Assembly: GCA_964391975.1 (NCBI GenBank)
Contig: CAYMNZ010000001.1
Coordinates: forward strand, 15,280-79,279
From: an uncultured Candidatus Saccharibacteria bacterium
GTDB taxonomy: Bacteria; Patescibacteriota; Minisyncoccia; Phycocordibacterales; Phycocordibacteraceae
DNA length: 64,000 bases
Direction: 5' to 3'
Below are positions 30,576-40,122 of this stretch, one piece after another. How positions within the stretch are numbered: position 1 is the first letter of the stretch; every line of letters begins with the position of its first letter. The notes below the pieces were generated by a model that made no database searches, had not been told where the DNA came from, and saw nothing but the letters and a program-made list of their open reading frames with translations. A program made the translations under genes and the position numbers.

Positions 30576-30923
30576 TTACACTACCTTCTTAGCAATTCTT
30601 GCGAATATCTCAGGGTTCTCAGTCGCAAGCGTTGCAAGAACCTTGCGGTCGAGCATGATGCCGCCCTTCTTAAGCTTGGCGATGAAGGTGCTGTAGGACT
30701 TGTGGCCGTTGTCGCGGACGGCGGCGTTGAGGCGGACAATCCAGAGTGCACGAACATCGTTCTTCTTGTCGCGGCGGTGGGCAAATGCCTGCTTTCCAGC
30801 GTGAACGAGAGACTCCTTAGCAGCGCGCTCCTTCTTAGAGCGTCCGTGGCGGTATCCCTTAGCGCGCTTAAGAACGTTCTTGCGGCGCTTAAGGCTGGTG
30901 ACTCCTCCTTTTACTCGTGGCAT
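30576..30923 (-). CDS. rplT: 50S ribosomal protein L20
   Basis: MPRVKGG, AKGY, LWIVRLNAA, LDRKVLA. Confidence 0.97.
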   Translation of the reverse strand: MPRVKGGVTSLKRRKNVLKRAKGYRHGRSKKERAAKESLVHAGKQAFAHRRDKKNDVRALWIVRLNAAVRDNGHKSYSTFIAKLKKGGIMLDRKVLATLATENPEIFARIAKKVV

Positions 30924-30933
30924 ATATTAAAAA

Positions 30934-31137
30934 TTACTGGTTATTCGTGTTCGGCGACCCCGGGAGGAAGCGGCGGCGAAGTGCAGTGCCCATCTTAAGG
31001 GAGTGTGCACGCTTCTTAGTGCCCTTGGTTGAGCTGCTCTCCTTGGCATTGAAGTGGTCCTGACCAGACTTGCGTACGACAAGCTTGCCCTTACGGGTGA
31101 CGCGGATTCGCTTGGAAAATGACTTATTTGTTTTCAT
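30934..31137 (-). CDS. rpmI: 50S ribosomal protein L35
   Basis: MKTNKSFSKRIRVT; between infC and rplT. Confidence 0.92.
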   Translation of the reverse strand: MKTNKSFSKRIRVTRKGKLVVRKSGQDHFNAKESSSTKGTKKRAHSLKMGTALRRRFLPGSPNTNNQ

Positions 31138-31699
31138 GGATTGGTTCTGGTGTTGGTGTCGCCGCTTTTGGTGCCGTTGCCTTCGGATCCCGCTCGATGA
31201 TGCCGGCGAATCCCTTGGGAGACCTCGTTATCGGCTCAGCGACTCGGTACGCGTACGGGATGAGGAGAAGGAACTTCTCGAGCCGCTCCTTGAGGAATTT
31301 CTCTTCCATCCCCTTGTAGCGGCCCTTGAGGAAGAGTTCAGCACGGACTCGGTGACCCTCGGCGAGCCATTCGGCGGCCTTTTTGGCCTTCAACCGCATG
31401 TCGTTCTCGCCGGTGCCCACCTTTATCTGGACCTCCTTGGTCTCAGAGACCTTGGCCTTGGCCCTGGCAGCGCCCTCCCTCTTCTTCAGCTCGTAGAGAA
31501 ATTTACCATAATCCGTCACTTTCGCAACGGGAGGGACGGCATTTGGCGAGATTTCAATGAGGTCTAAACCGGCCTCCTCAGCCGCTTTGAGGGCCTCGGC
31601 AAGGGGAAGGACCCCAAGGTTCTCTCCTTGGGCCCCGACCACTCGCAGCTCGCGCGCGGTAATCTCTCGGTTTATTCGTACCTTTTCAGTAGTCGCCAC
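31124..31699 (-). CDS. infC: Translation initiation factor IF-3
   Basis: INREI..LRVV, LDLIEISPNAVPPVAK..DYGKFLYE; GTG start. Confidence 0.96.
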   Translation of the reverse strand: MATTEKVRINREITARELRVVGAQGENLGVLPLAEALKAAEEAGLDLIEISPNAVPPVAKVTDYGKFLYELKKREGAARAKAKVSETKEVQIKVGTGENDMRLKAKKAAEWLAEGHRVRAELFLKGRYKGMEEKFLKERLEKFLLLIPYAYRVAEPITRSPKGFAGIIERDPKATAPKAATPTPEPIHENK

Positions 31700-31735
31700 G
31701 TGTGAGAGGACTTTAGCACGAAGGGCCCCTTGGGG

Positions 31736-32494
31736 CTACCGCCTACGGGGAGGGGGACGCTTGAAGGGGGTGAGCTTCTTGCCGCGTTGCTTCCGGGTAA
31801 TCTCCGTGAAGAAGGGCAGGTACATGTCATGTTCTGGCGGGATGATGGTCTCCTTGCGGTTGGTACGCTCAGTGAACTCAACCTCAAGCCCGGTAACCAC
31901 CGCAAGGGGCTGTTGTTCCTTACCTTCACCCATGACAAGCACCGCTGCAGAGGCTAATGAGTCAGGAATGTTGGTGCGCGAGATTTTCATGACGCGACCA
32001 AACATATCCTTGGTGCCACGGTAGTCGCGAATCCCTCGGAACCCGGCATAGCCCATCGCTACACCCACCGCGCCAGCTCGAAGCGCCAGCACGCGGCTAT
32101 CAGGAATAAGGACACCCAACTTCTTCACCTTGTAGCGCTTTCGGAGTTCGGTGCGAAGCTCGCTTGCTGCCTTGAAGCTGTCTTTCGGAAGAAGGATGAG
32201 CTTGTTTCCTTCGGCGTTTGATTCATCAATGCCTGCGCTCGACATAAGGAGCCCGTCTTTGAGGGTAAGCCACGTGTACATGGTACGCATGGCGAAGTCA
32301 GCCTCCTTGCGGATGGCCTTCTCGCGGGTGTGTTCGTCCACTATCTCGATGGTGCGCCCTTCGGCGAGCGCCACGATTTTAGAAGTGACAACGAGAATCG
32401 TCCCTTCTTTTACCTTCGGGATATGCGCGACGATGAAGTCCGCGAGGTTGTCCCGCTCGTGGAAGACGCGGGTCTTAATTGGCCTGACTTCCAT
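31736..32494 (-). CDS. CofE-like (F420-0/folate) gamma-glutamyl ligase
   Basis: VVTSKIVALAEG, SAGIDESN, DYRG..DMFGR, VMGEG. Confidence 0.85.
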   Translation of the reverse strand: MEVRPIKTRVFHERDNLADFIVAHIPKVKEGTILVVTSKIVALAEGRTIEIVDEHTREKAIRKEADFAMRTMYTWLTLKDGLLMSSAGIDESNAEGNKLILLPKDSFKAASELRTELRKRYKVKKLGVLIPDSRVLALRAGAVGVAMGYAGFRGIRDYRGTKDMFGRVMKISRTNIPDSLASAAVLVMGEGKEQQPLAVVTGLEVEFTERTNRKETIIPPEHDMYLPFFTEITRKQRGKKLTPFKRPPPRRR

Positions 32495-33125
32495 CTTTGT
32501 CTTTTAGCAGCCAGATACCCACGTACGCAAGTGGAGTGTAGAGCACGCCCATTGCAACCTTGAAGAGCCACCAGCTAATGATGAGCGAGAACAGCACCGA
32601 CCACTCGTAGATACCAATGAAGGCAATCGACATGAAGAGCACAGTGTCGAGCAACTGACTCCACAAGTTTGAGAGGGTAGAGGAGAGCCAGAACTTGTTG
32701 CCGGCGTTCTTCTTGAAGAAGAAGAACGAGAGAACGTCCTGATACTCAGCGACGGCGAATGCAACGATAGAGGCGATGCCGAAGCGGAAGGAGACACCGA
32801 AGATAGTCTCGTAGCTCTCCATTGCCCATGCACCGTCCGCAGACCACGGAGCGGCGATTGAGATAACGTTGTAGAGGATGAAGAGCGCGGTCGAGATGAC
32901 ACCGGCGAGCACGAAGAACTTGGCGAACTTCTTGCCGTACACCTGACCGATGATGTCGGTCATAAGGAACACAACTGGGAACATGAAGATACCTACCGAG
33001 AGATGAGAGTCGAACACGAACGGCATAATCTTTATGCCAAGCGTGTTGGCTGCCAAAAGCGAAGTGATGTAGATGGCAAGCGCGATGAGGAGCTTGCGGA
33101 GTGCACTGTCGGATAACTGGTTCAT
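32475..33125 (-). CDS. YhhQ/DUF165 (Vut_1) queuosine-precursor transporter family
   Basis: Multi-TM; FP.VFLMTDII..VYG, SQLLDTVLF..IAF. Confidence 0.85.
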   Translation of the reverse strand: MNQLSDSALRKLLIALAIYITSLLAANTLGIKIMPFVFDSHLSVGIFMFPVVFLMTDIIGQVYGKKFAKFFVLAGVISTALFILYNVISIAAPWSADGAWAMESYETIFGVSFRFGIASIVAFAVAEYQDVLSFFFFKKNAGNKFWLSSTLSNLWSQLLDTVLFMSIAFIGIYEWSVLFSLIISWWLFKVAMGVLYTPLAYVGIWLLKDKDGSQAN

Positions 33126-33250
33126 GTAAGGTTACTAGGAAAATAAAGCGCCACGGGCGCAAACGGAAGGCCGGCAGGAGGCCGGGGAGTGCTTATCCCG
33201 TGAAGCCGGACCAGGTCTGAGTTGCTTTGTTGTGAAGCATAGGACTACCC
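33126..33250 (-). promoter_or_regulatory. Candidate riboswitch-like structured leader of yhhQ-cofE operon
   Basis: -10 TATACT at 33260-33255; ~120-nt leader with alternative stems and a GC hairpin plus U-run before the start. Confidence 0.45.
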
Positions 33251-33322
33251 CGGGAGTATAGCCTGAGGTCCTATAAACGAAAAACGCCCCGGGTATCCCG
33301 GGGCGCCTCTCTCATAGAGCGT

Positions 33323-33622
33323 CTATTGTGCGACTGGTGTCGTGGTAGCGTCTTCGGCCGCTTCCTGAAGATCTTCAGAGAATTCGGTCAATACTGCCGA
33401 GAGGTCGTCGATGTGCTGACGGCACCTCTTCTCGCTCTCTACGTCTGCTTTACCGCAATCAAGCGCGATTCGGTCGCGCAGCATACCGATATTCTGGTAG
33501 CCGTCGCGCTGCACCTGTTCGAGGTCCTTGTTCGCATTCATCCAGAAGATGACGGCGATGACTAGGAGAACGGCGAGGACGCCAGCGACAATCCAGGCGG
33601 TGCGTGCTTCTTTCTTATCCAT
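33323..33622 (-). CDS. Hypothetical single-TM protein
   Basis: N-terminal TM; terminator at ~33285-33305. Confidence 0.7.
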   Translation of the reverse strand: MDKKEARTAWIVAGVLAVLLVIAVIFWMNANKDLEQVQRDGYQNIGMLRDRIALDCGKADVESEKRCRQHIDDLSAVLTEFSEDLQEAAEDATTTPVAQ

Positions 33623-33739
33623 GTAATCGTAAAGTAATGTGTAATGCCCGCGCGTACCCTATAGCAATTGAGGTGAACAGTTCATGAAGAGTGGGGACAA
33701 GGCTCATGAATGTCTACCTAAGAGGAGTAGAATCACTCT

Positions 33740-33988
33740 ATGGCTCCTTCTCCCTTTGACGTAACGACGCTGGCAGTAGAAAGGACCGCGCTCGCTAATG
33801 AGCGGACCTTCCTCGCCTACATTCGAACTGCCGTTTCCATTGCCGCGCTTGGCATCCTCGCGCTTCATTTCCTTGGAGATATGCCCTCAACTGTATTTGG
33901 GTTCACTTCGCTTACCCTAAGTGCATTCATCTTTGCACTTGGGTTCTGGCGCTTTAAAGAAGAACGAGCACGCCTCAGGAATTCCTAG
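33740..33988 (+). CDS. DUF202 (YidH-like) membrane protein
   Basis: LAVERTALANERTFLAYIRT. Confidence 0.88.
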   Translation: MAPSPFDVTTLAVERTALANERTFLAYIRTAVSIAALGILALHFLGDMPSTVFGFTSLTLSAFIFALGFWRFKEERARLRNS

Positions 33989-34005
33989 GTGGCGCTCTTT
34001 GCACT

Positions 34006-36195
34006 GTGGCTACCAAGAAACCTCTTTCAGTCCGAATAAAAATTCTCCTCACGGTGGCGGCGAGCGTCGTTGCGCTCTTGCTTGCCATCTATGCAATCTC
34101 AAACGCAGTGCTCCTCAAGAGTTATCTCGATATTGAACAGGCAGGCATGCACGAAGATTTGCGTCGAGCTAGAGACGCAATAGAAGAGTTCTCCAACCAG
34201 CAGATGATTAAACTCTCTGACTGGGCGGCGTGGGACGACGCGTATGAGTTTGCCAAGGACCGTGACCCGGTGTGGGCAGAGGAAACAATCTACGATACCG
34301 GACTCGCGAACCTCGATATCAACGGCATGCTCTGGAGCGATACAGAAGGGAACATCTTCCACATGATGGTGGTCGACATCGCTGCGCGCACGGAGGTCGC
34401 GTCAACGACGATGGCGACGTACTTTGCTGCACACGCTACTCTTCTACGGCACACGGAGCTTACTGACGAGACGCAGGGCATCGCACTATTGCCTGACGGA
34501 CCGATACTGCTTGTATCGCTTCCACTGCGCACCAGTCAAGGAGAGGGACCGATTCCAGGTTCGCTTACATTCGTGCGCTATCTGGACGAAGCAAAAATTG
34601 CTGCACTTGCAGACATTACGCACCTCGACATGAAAGTGTTCCCGTATGACGGGAAACTTCCAGCTAATGTCGCTGATGCGAAAGCGCAACTCGCTTCCGG
34701 TAGTGACACCGTCATTGTGCCAGTGTCAGAGAATCAGATTGTCGGGTACACGCTCCTCAAAGGAGTAGACGGAACCCCCGCGCTTATTCTACGAGTTGAG
34801 ACACCGCGCCCTGTGTATGCGCAAGGTCTCCTCACGTTTTATTTGTTCATGGGCATTGGCGCCATAGCACTCTTGCTGTTTGGCATCGTGATTCTGTGGT
34901 TGCTCGATCGCCTGGTCATTGCCCGCTTTATGCGGTTGACCTCGGACGTGGACCGCATCAATGAGGGACAAGACCTCTCCATCCGCCTTGCTGGAGGGGT
35001 CAAAGATGAGGTGGGGAAACTTGCCGATAACGTGAACCAGATGCTTGCCTGGCTTTCTGCCTCCCGCACAGAGACCAAGCACCTCCTTGAGGAGGTGAAG
35101 ATTGGAAAGGAGCACGCCGAGGACCTGGTGAAGGTGCGCACCAAGGAGCTCGCTGAAGAGAAGGCAAGACTCCTCGCCTCCATTAATAGTCTCGGCTTCG
35201 GCTTCGTGATTGCAGCTATCGATGGCGCGATTCTCCTTAAGAACCCCGCACTCTCTCGTATTCTTACGTTCCCCGAGCCACCTGACCGCATTAGTGACCT
35301 CTCTCGTGCACTTACTGGCTCTTTTGACCTCGACACCTTCTGTAACGAGACTGTTGCACGTGGCGTACCGGGCGAGAAATCAGACATTGTGTACGGGAAG
35401 CAGATACTGCGCATACTCTGCGCACCTATTAATGCTGAACGAGAAGCAGGCGCAATCGGGTACGTGCTTCTGATTGAGGACATTACTGAGGCGAAAGTGA
35501 TGCAGCGAAGCCGTGAAGAATTCTTCTCCATTGCCTCGCATGAACTGCGCACGCCGCTCACTGCCATTCGAGGTAACACAGGACTTCTTCTTGATACCTA
35601 CAAAGACCGACTCCCAGATCCTGAGATGCGCGAAATGCTCGAGGACATTAATGCCTCTAGCGGGCGCCTCATCACGATGGTCAATGACTTCCTGCAGGTC
35701 TCTCGTCTTGAACAGGGGAAGATTGAGATAAAGCGCGAGTCCTTCAACCTCGTTCCGGTGATTGAAGAGGTGGTGCGCAGCCTCACGGAGCTCGCTAAAC
35801 AAAAGGGTCTCACTATTTCCTACGCACCTTCCGAGCTTTCACTGGTGCGTGCGGACGTCGACCGTACCGAGCAGGTGCTTGAAAACCTCGTTGGTAATGC
35901 AATCAAGTTCACTGAGAAGGGAGGTATTACGATTTCAGCTGAGCAGACCGATACTGAGGTGATTGTGCGTGTGAAGGATACGGGCATCGGTATCTCCGAG
36001 CAGAACCAGACGCTTCTCTTCCGTAAGTTCCAGCAAGCGGGTGAAGACACGCTCGCGCGCGATAACTCTCAGAGCACAGGGCTTGGACTCTATATCTCGA
36101 AGCTCATCATGAACTCTATGGGCGGCAAGGTAGTGCTTGAGGAAAGCCAGTTCGGGAAGGGCAGTACCTTCTCCTTCACGCTCCCGCGTGCGTGA
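34006..36195 (+). CDS. Sensor histidine kinase (CHASE4-HAMP-PAS-like-HisKA-HATPase)
   Basis: DWAAWDDAYEF, DEVGKLA, ASHELRTPL, NAIKFT, DTGIGI, GLGL. Confidence 0.92.
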   Translation: MATKKPLSVRIKILLTVAASVVALLLAIYAISNAVLLKSYLDIEQAGMHEDLRRARDAIEEFSNQQMIKLSDWAAWDDAYEFAKDRDPVWAEETIYDTGLANLDINGMLWSDTEGNIFHMMVVDIAARTEVASTTMATYFAAHATLLRHTELTDETQGIALLPDGPILLVSLPLRTSQGEGPIPGSLTFVRYLDEAKIAALADITHLDMKVFPYDGKLPANVADAKAQLASGSDTVIVPVSENQIVGYTLLKGVDGTPALILRVETPRPVYAQGLLTFYLFMGIGAIALLLFGIVILWLLDRLVIARFMRLTSDVDRINEGQDLSIRLAGGVKDEVGKLADNVNQMLAWLSASRTETKHLLEEVKIGKEHAEDLVKVRTKELAEEKARLLASINSLGFGFVIAAIDGAILLKNPALSRILTFPEPPDRISDLSRALTGSFDLDTFCNETVARGVPGEKSDIVYGKQILRILCAPINAEREAGAIGYVLLIEDITEAKVMQRSREEFFSIASHELRTPLTAIRGNTGLLLDTYKDRLPDPEMREMLEDINASSGRLITMVNDFLQVSRLEQGKIEIKRESFNLVPVIEEVVRSLTELAKQKGLTISYAPSELSLVRADVDRTEQVLENLVGNAIKFTEKGGITISAEQTDTEVIVRVKDTGIGISEQNQTLLFRKFQQAGEDTLARDNSQSTGLGLYISKLIMNSMGGKVVLEESQFGKGSTFSFTLPRA

Positions 36196-36208
36196 TATCC
36201 TTTTCCCT

Positions 36209-36583
36209 ATGGCAACATTCTTTATAGCTGAGGACGACAAGTTCATGTTCCGTCTCTATGAACGCGTCTTTACGAACGCAGGGCACACGATTGAGGTCGC
36301 CAAAGATGGCGAAGAGGCGCTTGCGAAGCTCAGTGCAATGAATCCAAAGCCTGCCGTCATCGTGCTTGATGTCATGATGCCGAAGAAAAACGGCTTTGAA
36401 GTTCTTCAGGAGCTCAAGAAGAATCCAGAGCTCGCGCAGGTGCCGGTAGTGCTTCTCACGAATCTTTCCGGAGACGAGGATAAGCGCCGAGGGCTCGCAC
36501 TTGGTGCAAAGGAGTATTTGATTAAGAGCGACTACGAGCCACAGCAGGTGGTAGACAAGGTGCTCGCGCTTGCGCCGAAATAA
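36209..36583 (+). CDS. Single-domain response regulator
   Basis: AEDD, LDVMMP, LTN, K. Confidence 0.92.
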   Translation: MATFFIAEDDKFMFRLYERVFTNAGHTIEVAKDGEEALAKLSAMNPKPAVIVLDVMMPKKNGFEVLQELKKNPELAQVPVVLLTNLSGDEDKRRGLALGAKEYLIKSDYEPQQVVDKVLALAPK

Positions 36584-36586
36584 GTT

Positions 36587-37444
36587 CTAGTCCTGGACGA
36601 GCACGCTTGTACCAAGCGGCGTCCATTCATAGAGCGTACGTGCCCTCTCAAGGGGAAGGTTCACACAGCCGTGTGACCACTGCTTTCCGAACTCCGCGTG
36701 CCAGTACGCGCCATGTATCGCACCCCCTTCTTGGGTGAAGTACAAATTCCAAGGAACGCCCGGTAGGTCATAGTACTGGTCGCTGATTCCAGGCAGAGGT
36801 CCCTGCATATAGCGGCTTGGAGTCTTTCGATAGACCGTGAACATGCCGCGCGGGGTTGGCGTGAGGTCGAGCCCTGTTGATATGGCGGTTTCTAGAAAGA
36901 GTGTGTCGCCTTCGTAAGCGTAGAGCTTTTGTTCGGAACGGTCGATAACAATTCGTTTCTCTTCGGAGATAAATCCGAACTGTTCTCCTGCTTGATGGAG
37001 AAGTGCAGGGAGCGGTGCTTCCTGCTCCTGTAATCCTGAATCGGTGAAGCCACGAACGTAGGGCTCTGCCACATACCAGTCCTTGCCGATGCGTCCGGGG
37101 TAGCGAACCCACTCATTGAAAACAATTCGATACCACTCTATGCCGTCTGGGTCAGTGACGGTGGTGGTTGCAACCGCAAGCACCACTCCAGTTCGAAGCT
37201 TCTCCACCGCAGGGAAGGTGCTCCCTGGGCCAGAACGAACATTAAGGCACTCATCTTCATAGTGCGGCCCGCAACTATCTGTGACCTCTATATAGTTAAC
37301 TGCCTCCTGCTCCGGGGTAGAAGAGGCGACAGAAGCTATTTCTTGGTTAGGGGGTGGAGTAGGGGGCCGCGTACCTAAGCTCCAGCCAACCAATGCGACA
37401 ACGGCAACGATAGCTAAGAAAATGGGAAAGAATGCAGTTCTCAC
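36587..37444 (-). CDS. L,D-transpeptidase family protein with SH3-like domain
   Basis: LNVRSGPG; AIHGAYWH..SHGCVNL. Confidence 0.9.
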   Translation of the reverse strand: MRTAFFPIFLAIVAVVALVGWSLGTRPPTPPPNQEIASVASSTPEQEAVNYIEVTDSCGPHYEDECLNVRSGPGSTFPAVEKLRTGVVLAVATTTVTDPDGIEWYRIVFNEWVRYPGRIGKDWYVAEPYVRGFTDSGLQEQEAPLPALLHQAGEQFGFISEEKRIVIDRSEQKLYAYEGDTLFLETAISTGLDLTPTPRGMFTVYRKTPSRYMQGPLPGISDQYYDLPGVPWNLYFTQEGGAIHGAYWHAEFGKQWSHGCVNLPLERARTLYEWTPLGTSVLVQD

Positions 37445-37527
37445 GGAAAGTAGCGCTAGAGGACGTCGGTTTTTACCTTTTTAATCATGAAAGAAGTGTA
37501 CACCCCGGAAGGTGCTACCATAAACCT

Positions 37528-37938
37528 ATGAAGGGATTTGTGACAAACATTGAGACTGCCACTCTGGAAAACGAGAATTTCCGCCGGGTCCTCTACACAG
37601 CAGAGCGCTCCCAGCTGGTGGTCATGTGTATTCCTATTGGCGGAGATATTGGTGAAGAGGTGCACAAGGATGTCGACCAATTCATACGCATTGAGAAGGG
37701 AGAGGGGCAGAGCATTCTTGATGGGGTGGAACGGGAATTGACTGACGGCTCGGTGGTCGTAATTCCTGCTGGCGTGCGACACAACATCAAGAACACGTCA
37801 GAAAGCGTTGCACTCAAGCTCTATACGCTTTACTCGCCGCCGCATCACGAGGATGGAACCATCCACAAGACCAAAGCTGATGCTGCCAAAGATGATGAGC
37901 ACTTTGAAGGAGAGACGACGGACGACCTTACCCCATGA
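37528..37938 (+). CDS. Cupin domain protein
   Basis: IGEEVH..DQF, IPAGVRHNI, LYSPPHH. Confidence 0.9.
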   Translation: MKGFVTNIETATLENENFRRVLYTAERSQLVVMCIPIGGDIGEEVHKDVDQFIRIEKGEGQSILDGVERELTDGSVVVIPAGVRHNIKNTSESVALKLYTLYSPPHHEDGTIHKTKADAAKDDEHFEGETTDDLTP

Positions 37939-38399
37939 AGCTCAACCACCTCGCAATTCCGTATCTTGCGGCGCTCGCATTCATGTTCGGCGGCATTGTA
38001 AATAGCGGCGGCATCGCGTGGTACCACACGCTCATACTTCCAGCGTGGAATCCCTCAGCAGGAATGATTGTGTTTATCTGGGCGGTTATTTATGTTCTTG
38101 CTGCATGGTCGCTGCTTATCGTTTGGAATACGATTCCTCGCGACAAGCGCTTTACATGGATTATGGGAGGCTTTGTGGTAAGTGTGCTCCTTAACCTTGT
38201 GTGGAGCGTTGTCTTCTTTCACCTGCACCTCTTGGGTGCTGCGGCAGGGAGCGCGCTCATCCTCGGTGTCGCGGTGCTAGCCCTTATGGTCCTCATCTAT
38301 CCGCGCTCTCCGAAGGCTTCGTTGCTTCTTTTGCCCTACACCCTCTGGGTATTCTTTGCTGCGTATCTGAATTACACAGTGATGCTCCTCAATAGGTAA
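37935..38399 (+). CDS. TspO/MBR family tryptophan-rich sensory protein
   Basis: WY..L..PAWNP, LNLVWS..FF, LLLPY..WV.FA.YLN. Confidence 0.9.
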   Translation: MKLNHLAIPYLAALAFMFGGIVNSGGIAWYHTLILPAWNPSAGMIVFIWAVIYVLAAWSLLIVWNTIPRDKRFTWIMGGFVVSVLLNLVWSVVFFHLHLLGAAAGSALILGVAVLALMVLIYPRSPKASLLLLPYTLWVFFAAYLNYTVMLLNR

Positions 38400-38504
38400 T
38401 ACGGTAGGGAAAGGACGGCCCCGTTCGGTGTGCTGTTCAGGCCTTCATGCTCCGGTCATGAAGTGTGTCCTATGGTTAAGCCTTACCTTACAGACACATC
38501 CGAT

Positions 38505-38771
38505 ATGGCTACTATCATCAATTCACCAAACCCAAACCCGACCCCCAACAACGAAAGCTCTTCCGCTGGCTGGGTTATCGCAATTATCCTGCTCGTCATT
38601 CTCGGCGGACTAGGCGTGTGGTACGTGACGGCAAACCAGGACACTCAGACGCCGCCCACCGAAACCCCGGAGCAGCAGGGGACCAATACCCTTCCACCGC
38701 CCGTTAATAACTTCAACACCACTATTAACGCGTCGAGTACCATCAACAACTCTACGACTACGAATCGTTAA
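38505..38771 (+). CDS. Small single-TM protein with N/T/P-rich tail
   Basis: TM segment; terminator at 38783-38814. Confidence 0.7.
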   Translation: MATIINSPNPNPTPNNESSSAGWVIAIILLVILGGLGVWYVTANQDTQTPPTETPEQQGTNTLPPPVNNFNTTINASSTINNSTTTNR

Positions 38772-39007
38772 CAGAGATGCAAAAAAGAGCCCACGCACAT
38801 ACGTGGGCTCTTTTGTATTAGTTTGGAACAGCAACCATTCCACGTTACACTGCCTACACCATGTTTTCGTTGACCACCCGCCGTATGTACAAGTGGCACT
38901 TCCGTATTTCACGGAGGGGTTGGTCCATGCGCGCTAGTATATAAACTACTTACACCGCACAGACTCTCAAACGCCCTCCAACCGGAGGGCGTTTTTATTT
39001 TCCACCT

Positions 39008-39586
39008 ATGACCAACTCTGAAGTACGACCACCGCCTAACATTGAAAAGCTCCTTTGGGACGTGGAGCACCGCATGGCGCACGCCAAGGAGAAAAATCTT
39101 GGGAAGCATCCTTTGTTCACCCATGAAGTGCAGGAGCGACAGGGGTGCCGAGTGGGGTATATGGAGCCAGGTCTCTTTGCTGAGCTGTGTGGCCAGTTCA
39201 AGCTTGAGCCAGAGAGCCTTGAACTTTCTTTTGTGCAGATACACGCGCGAACCGTTCCCTACGTGCCGATGACAAGCGGCCTCCTATATATGCCGCTCGG
39301 GCAAAAGCAGGGCTACCACAATTCACGCGGAGGCATCTACAAAGGGAAGTACCACGGGCGAGAGCCGGCGTACCACCTTTCCTATACCTCCTCACGTTCC
39401 CATAAGTTTCTGCGCGTGTACCCGAAGGATATGGTGTTTCTGACGCCTGAAACCAATGCGGTGTTTTCGGCAATCGTACTTGTCTCGCCGAAGATGAAAA
39501 AAGACGACGGCTTTTACAATATGCTGCATTTTCCGAGCTCGTTTGTGAGTGTAGACCAACCTCGTGCAACGGTAATCATCCCGTAG
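39008..39586 (+). CDS. Hypothetical protein
   Basis: 192-aa ORF, no recognised motif. Confidence 0.55.
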   Translation: MTNSEVRPPPNIEKLLWDVEHRMAHAKEKNLGKHPLFTHEVQERQGCRVGYMEPGLFAELCGQFKLEPESLELSFVQIHARTVPYVPMTSGLLYMPLGQKQGYHNSRGGIYKGKYHGREPAYHLSYTSSRSHKFLRVYPKDMVFLTPETNAVFSAIVLVSPKMKKDDGFYNMLHFPSSFVSVDQPRATVIIP

Positions 39587-39638
39587 AACTCGAAGCGTTT
39601 GCGAAGCGGGTGCGGCCTCGCGAGGGGTCAGCGAAGAA

Positions 39639-40037
39639 CTAGACGCGCCAGCCGCCCAGTATCGCGCCAGTGATAAGAAGCGTGAGGAGTACCGATCCTG
39701 CATTAAGTAAGAGGAGCATCGGTGAATTCGCTTCAAACGCATACAGCGGGCCCAAGACAGCAACGACGAACCCAAGCCAGACAAGTCCTCCGAGCAGCAT
39801 TCCTTGTTGAACGCTTGTATACCCGAGACGCGCCATGAGCCACGCGAGTACTCCTGCGAGTACGAGGTTACCGATAACTTGTAATACGGATGCTTGAAGG
39901 CCGCTCGGTCCTTTCGCAAGTTGCTCGGTTGTTTTTCCCAGCGCTTCTATGTACGGGGCTCGGAAGACGACGAGATACCATAGGGCGCTTACAAGATACG
40001 AGGCGATGGCGGAAACGAGTATAGGTAAAAAGGTCAT
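39639..40037 (-). CDS. DUF1761 family membrane protein
   Basis: 4 TM; ALWY..F, G.LVWLGF pattern. Confidence 0.75.
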   Translation of the reverse strand: MTFLPILVSAIASYLVSALWYLVVFRAPYIEALGKTTEQLAKGPSGLQASVLQVIGNLVLAGVLAWLMARLGYTSVQQGMLLGGLVWLGFVVAVLGPLYAFEANSPMLLLLNAGSVLLTLLITGAILGGWRV

Positions 40038-40122
40038 GATTGGCATAGAACTGCATAGTGGTATGGAGCAAATGAAGAGGCAATTAAAATACTCCGCATC
40101 ACTGCGGAGTATTGTTGTGTTG

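Noticed and set aside
33170-33225. TPP riboswitch (ACCUGGUCCGG resembles ACCUGAUCCGG)
   Set aside because: Lacks the conserved CUGAGA and GCGUAGG elements.
33670-33720. Imperfect inverted repeat (AGGTGAACAGTTCATGA / TCATGAATGTCTACCT) between divergent genes
   Set aside because: Possibly an operator, but single instance with several mismatches and no adjacent DNA-binding regulator.
39587-39640. GCGAAGCG-rich imperfect palindrome between convergent genes (REP-like)
   Set aside because: Single copy in the window; cannot support a repeat family.
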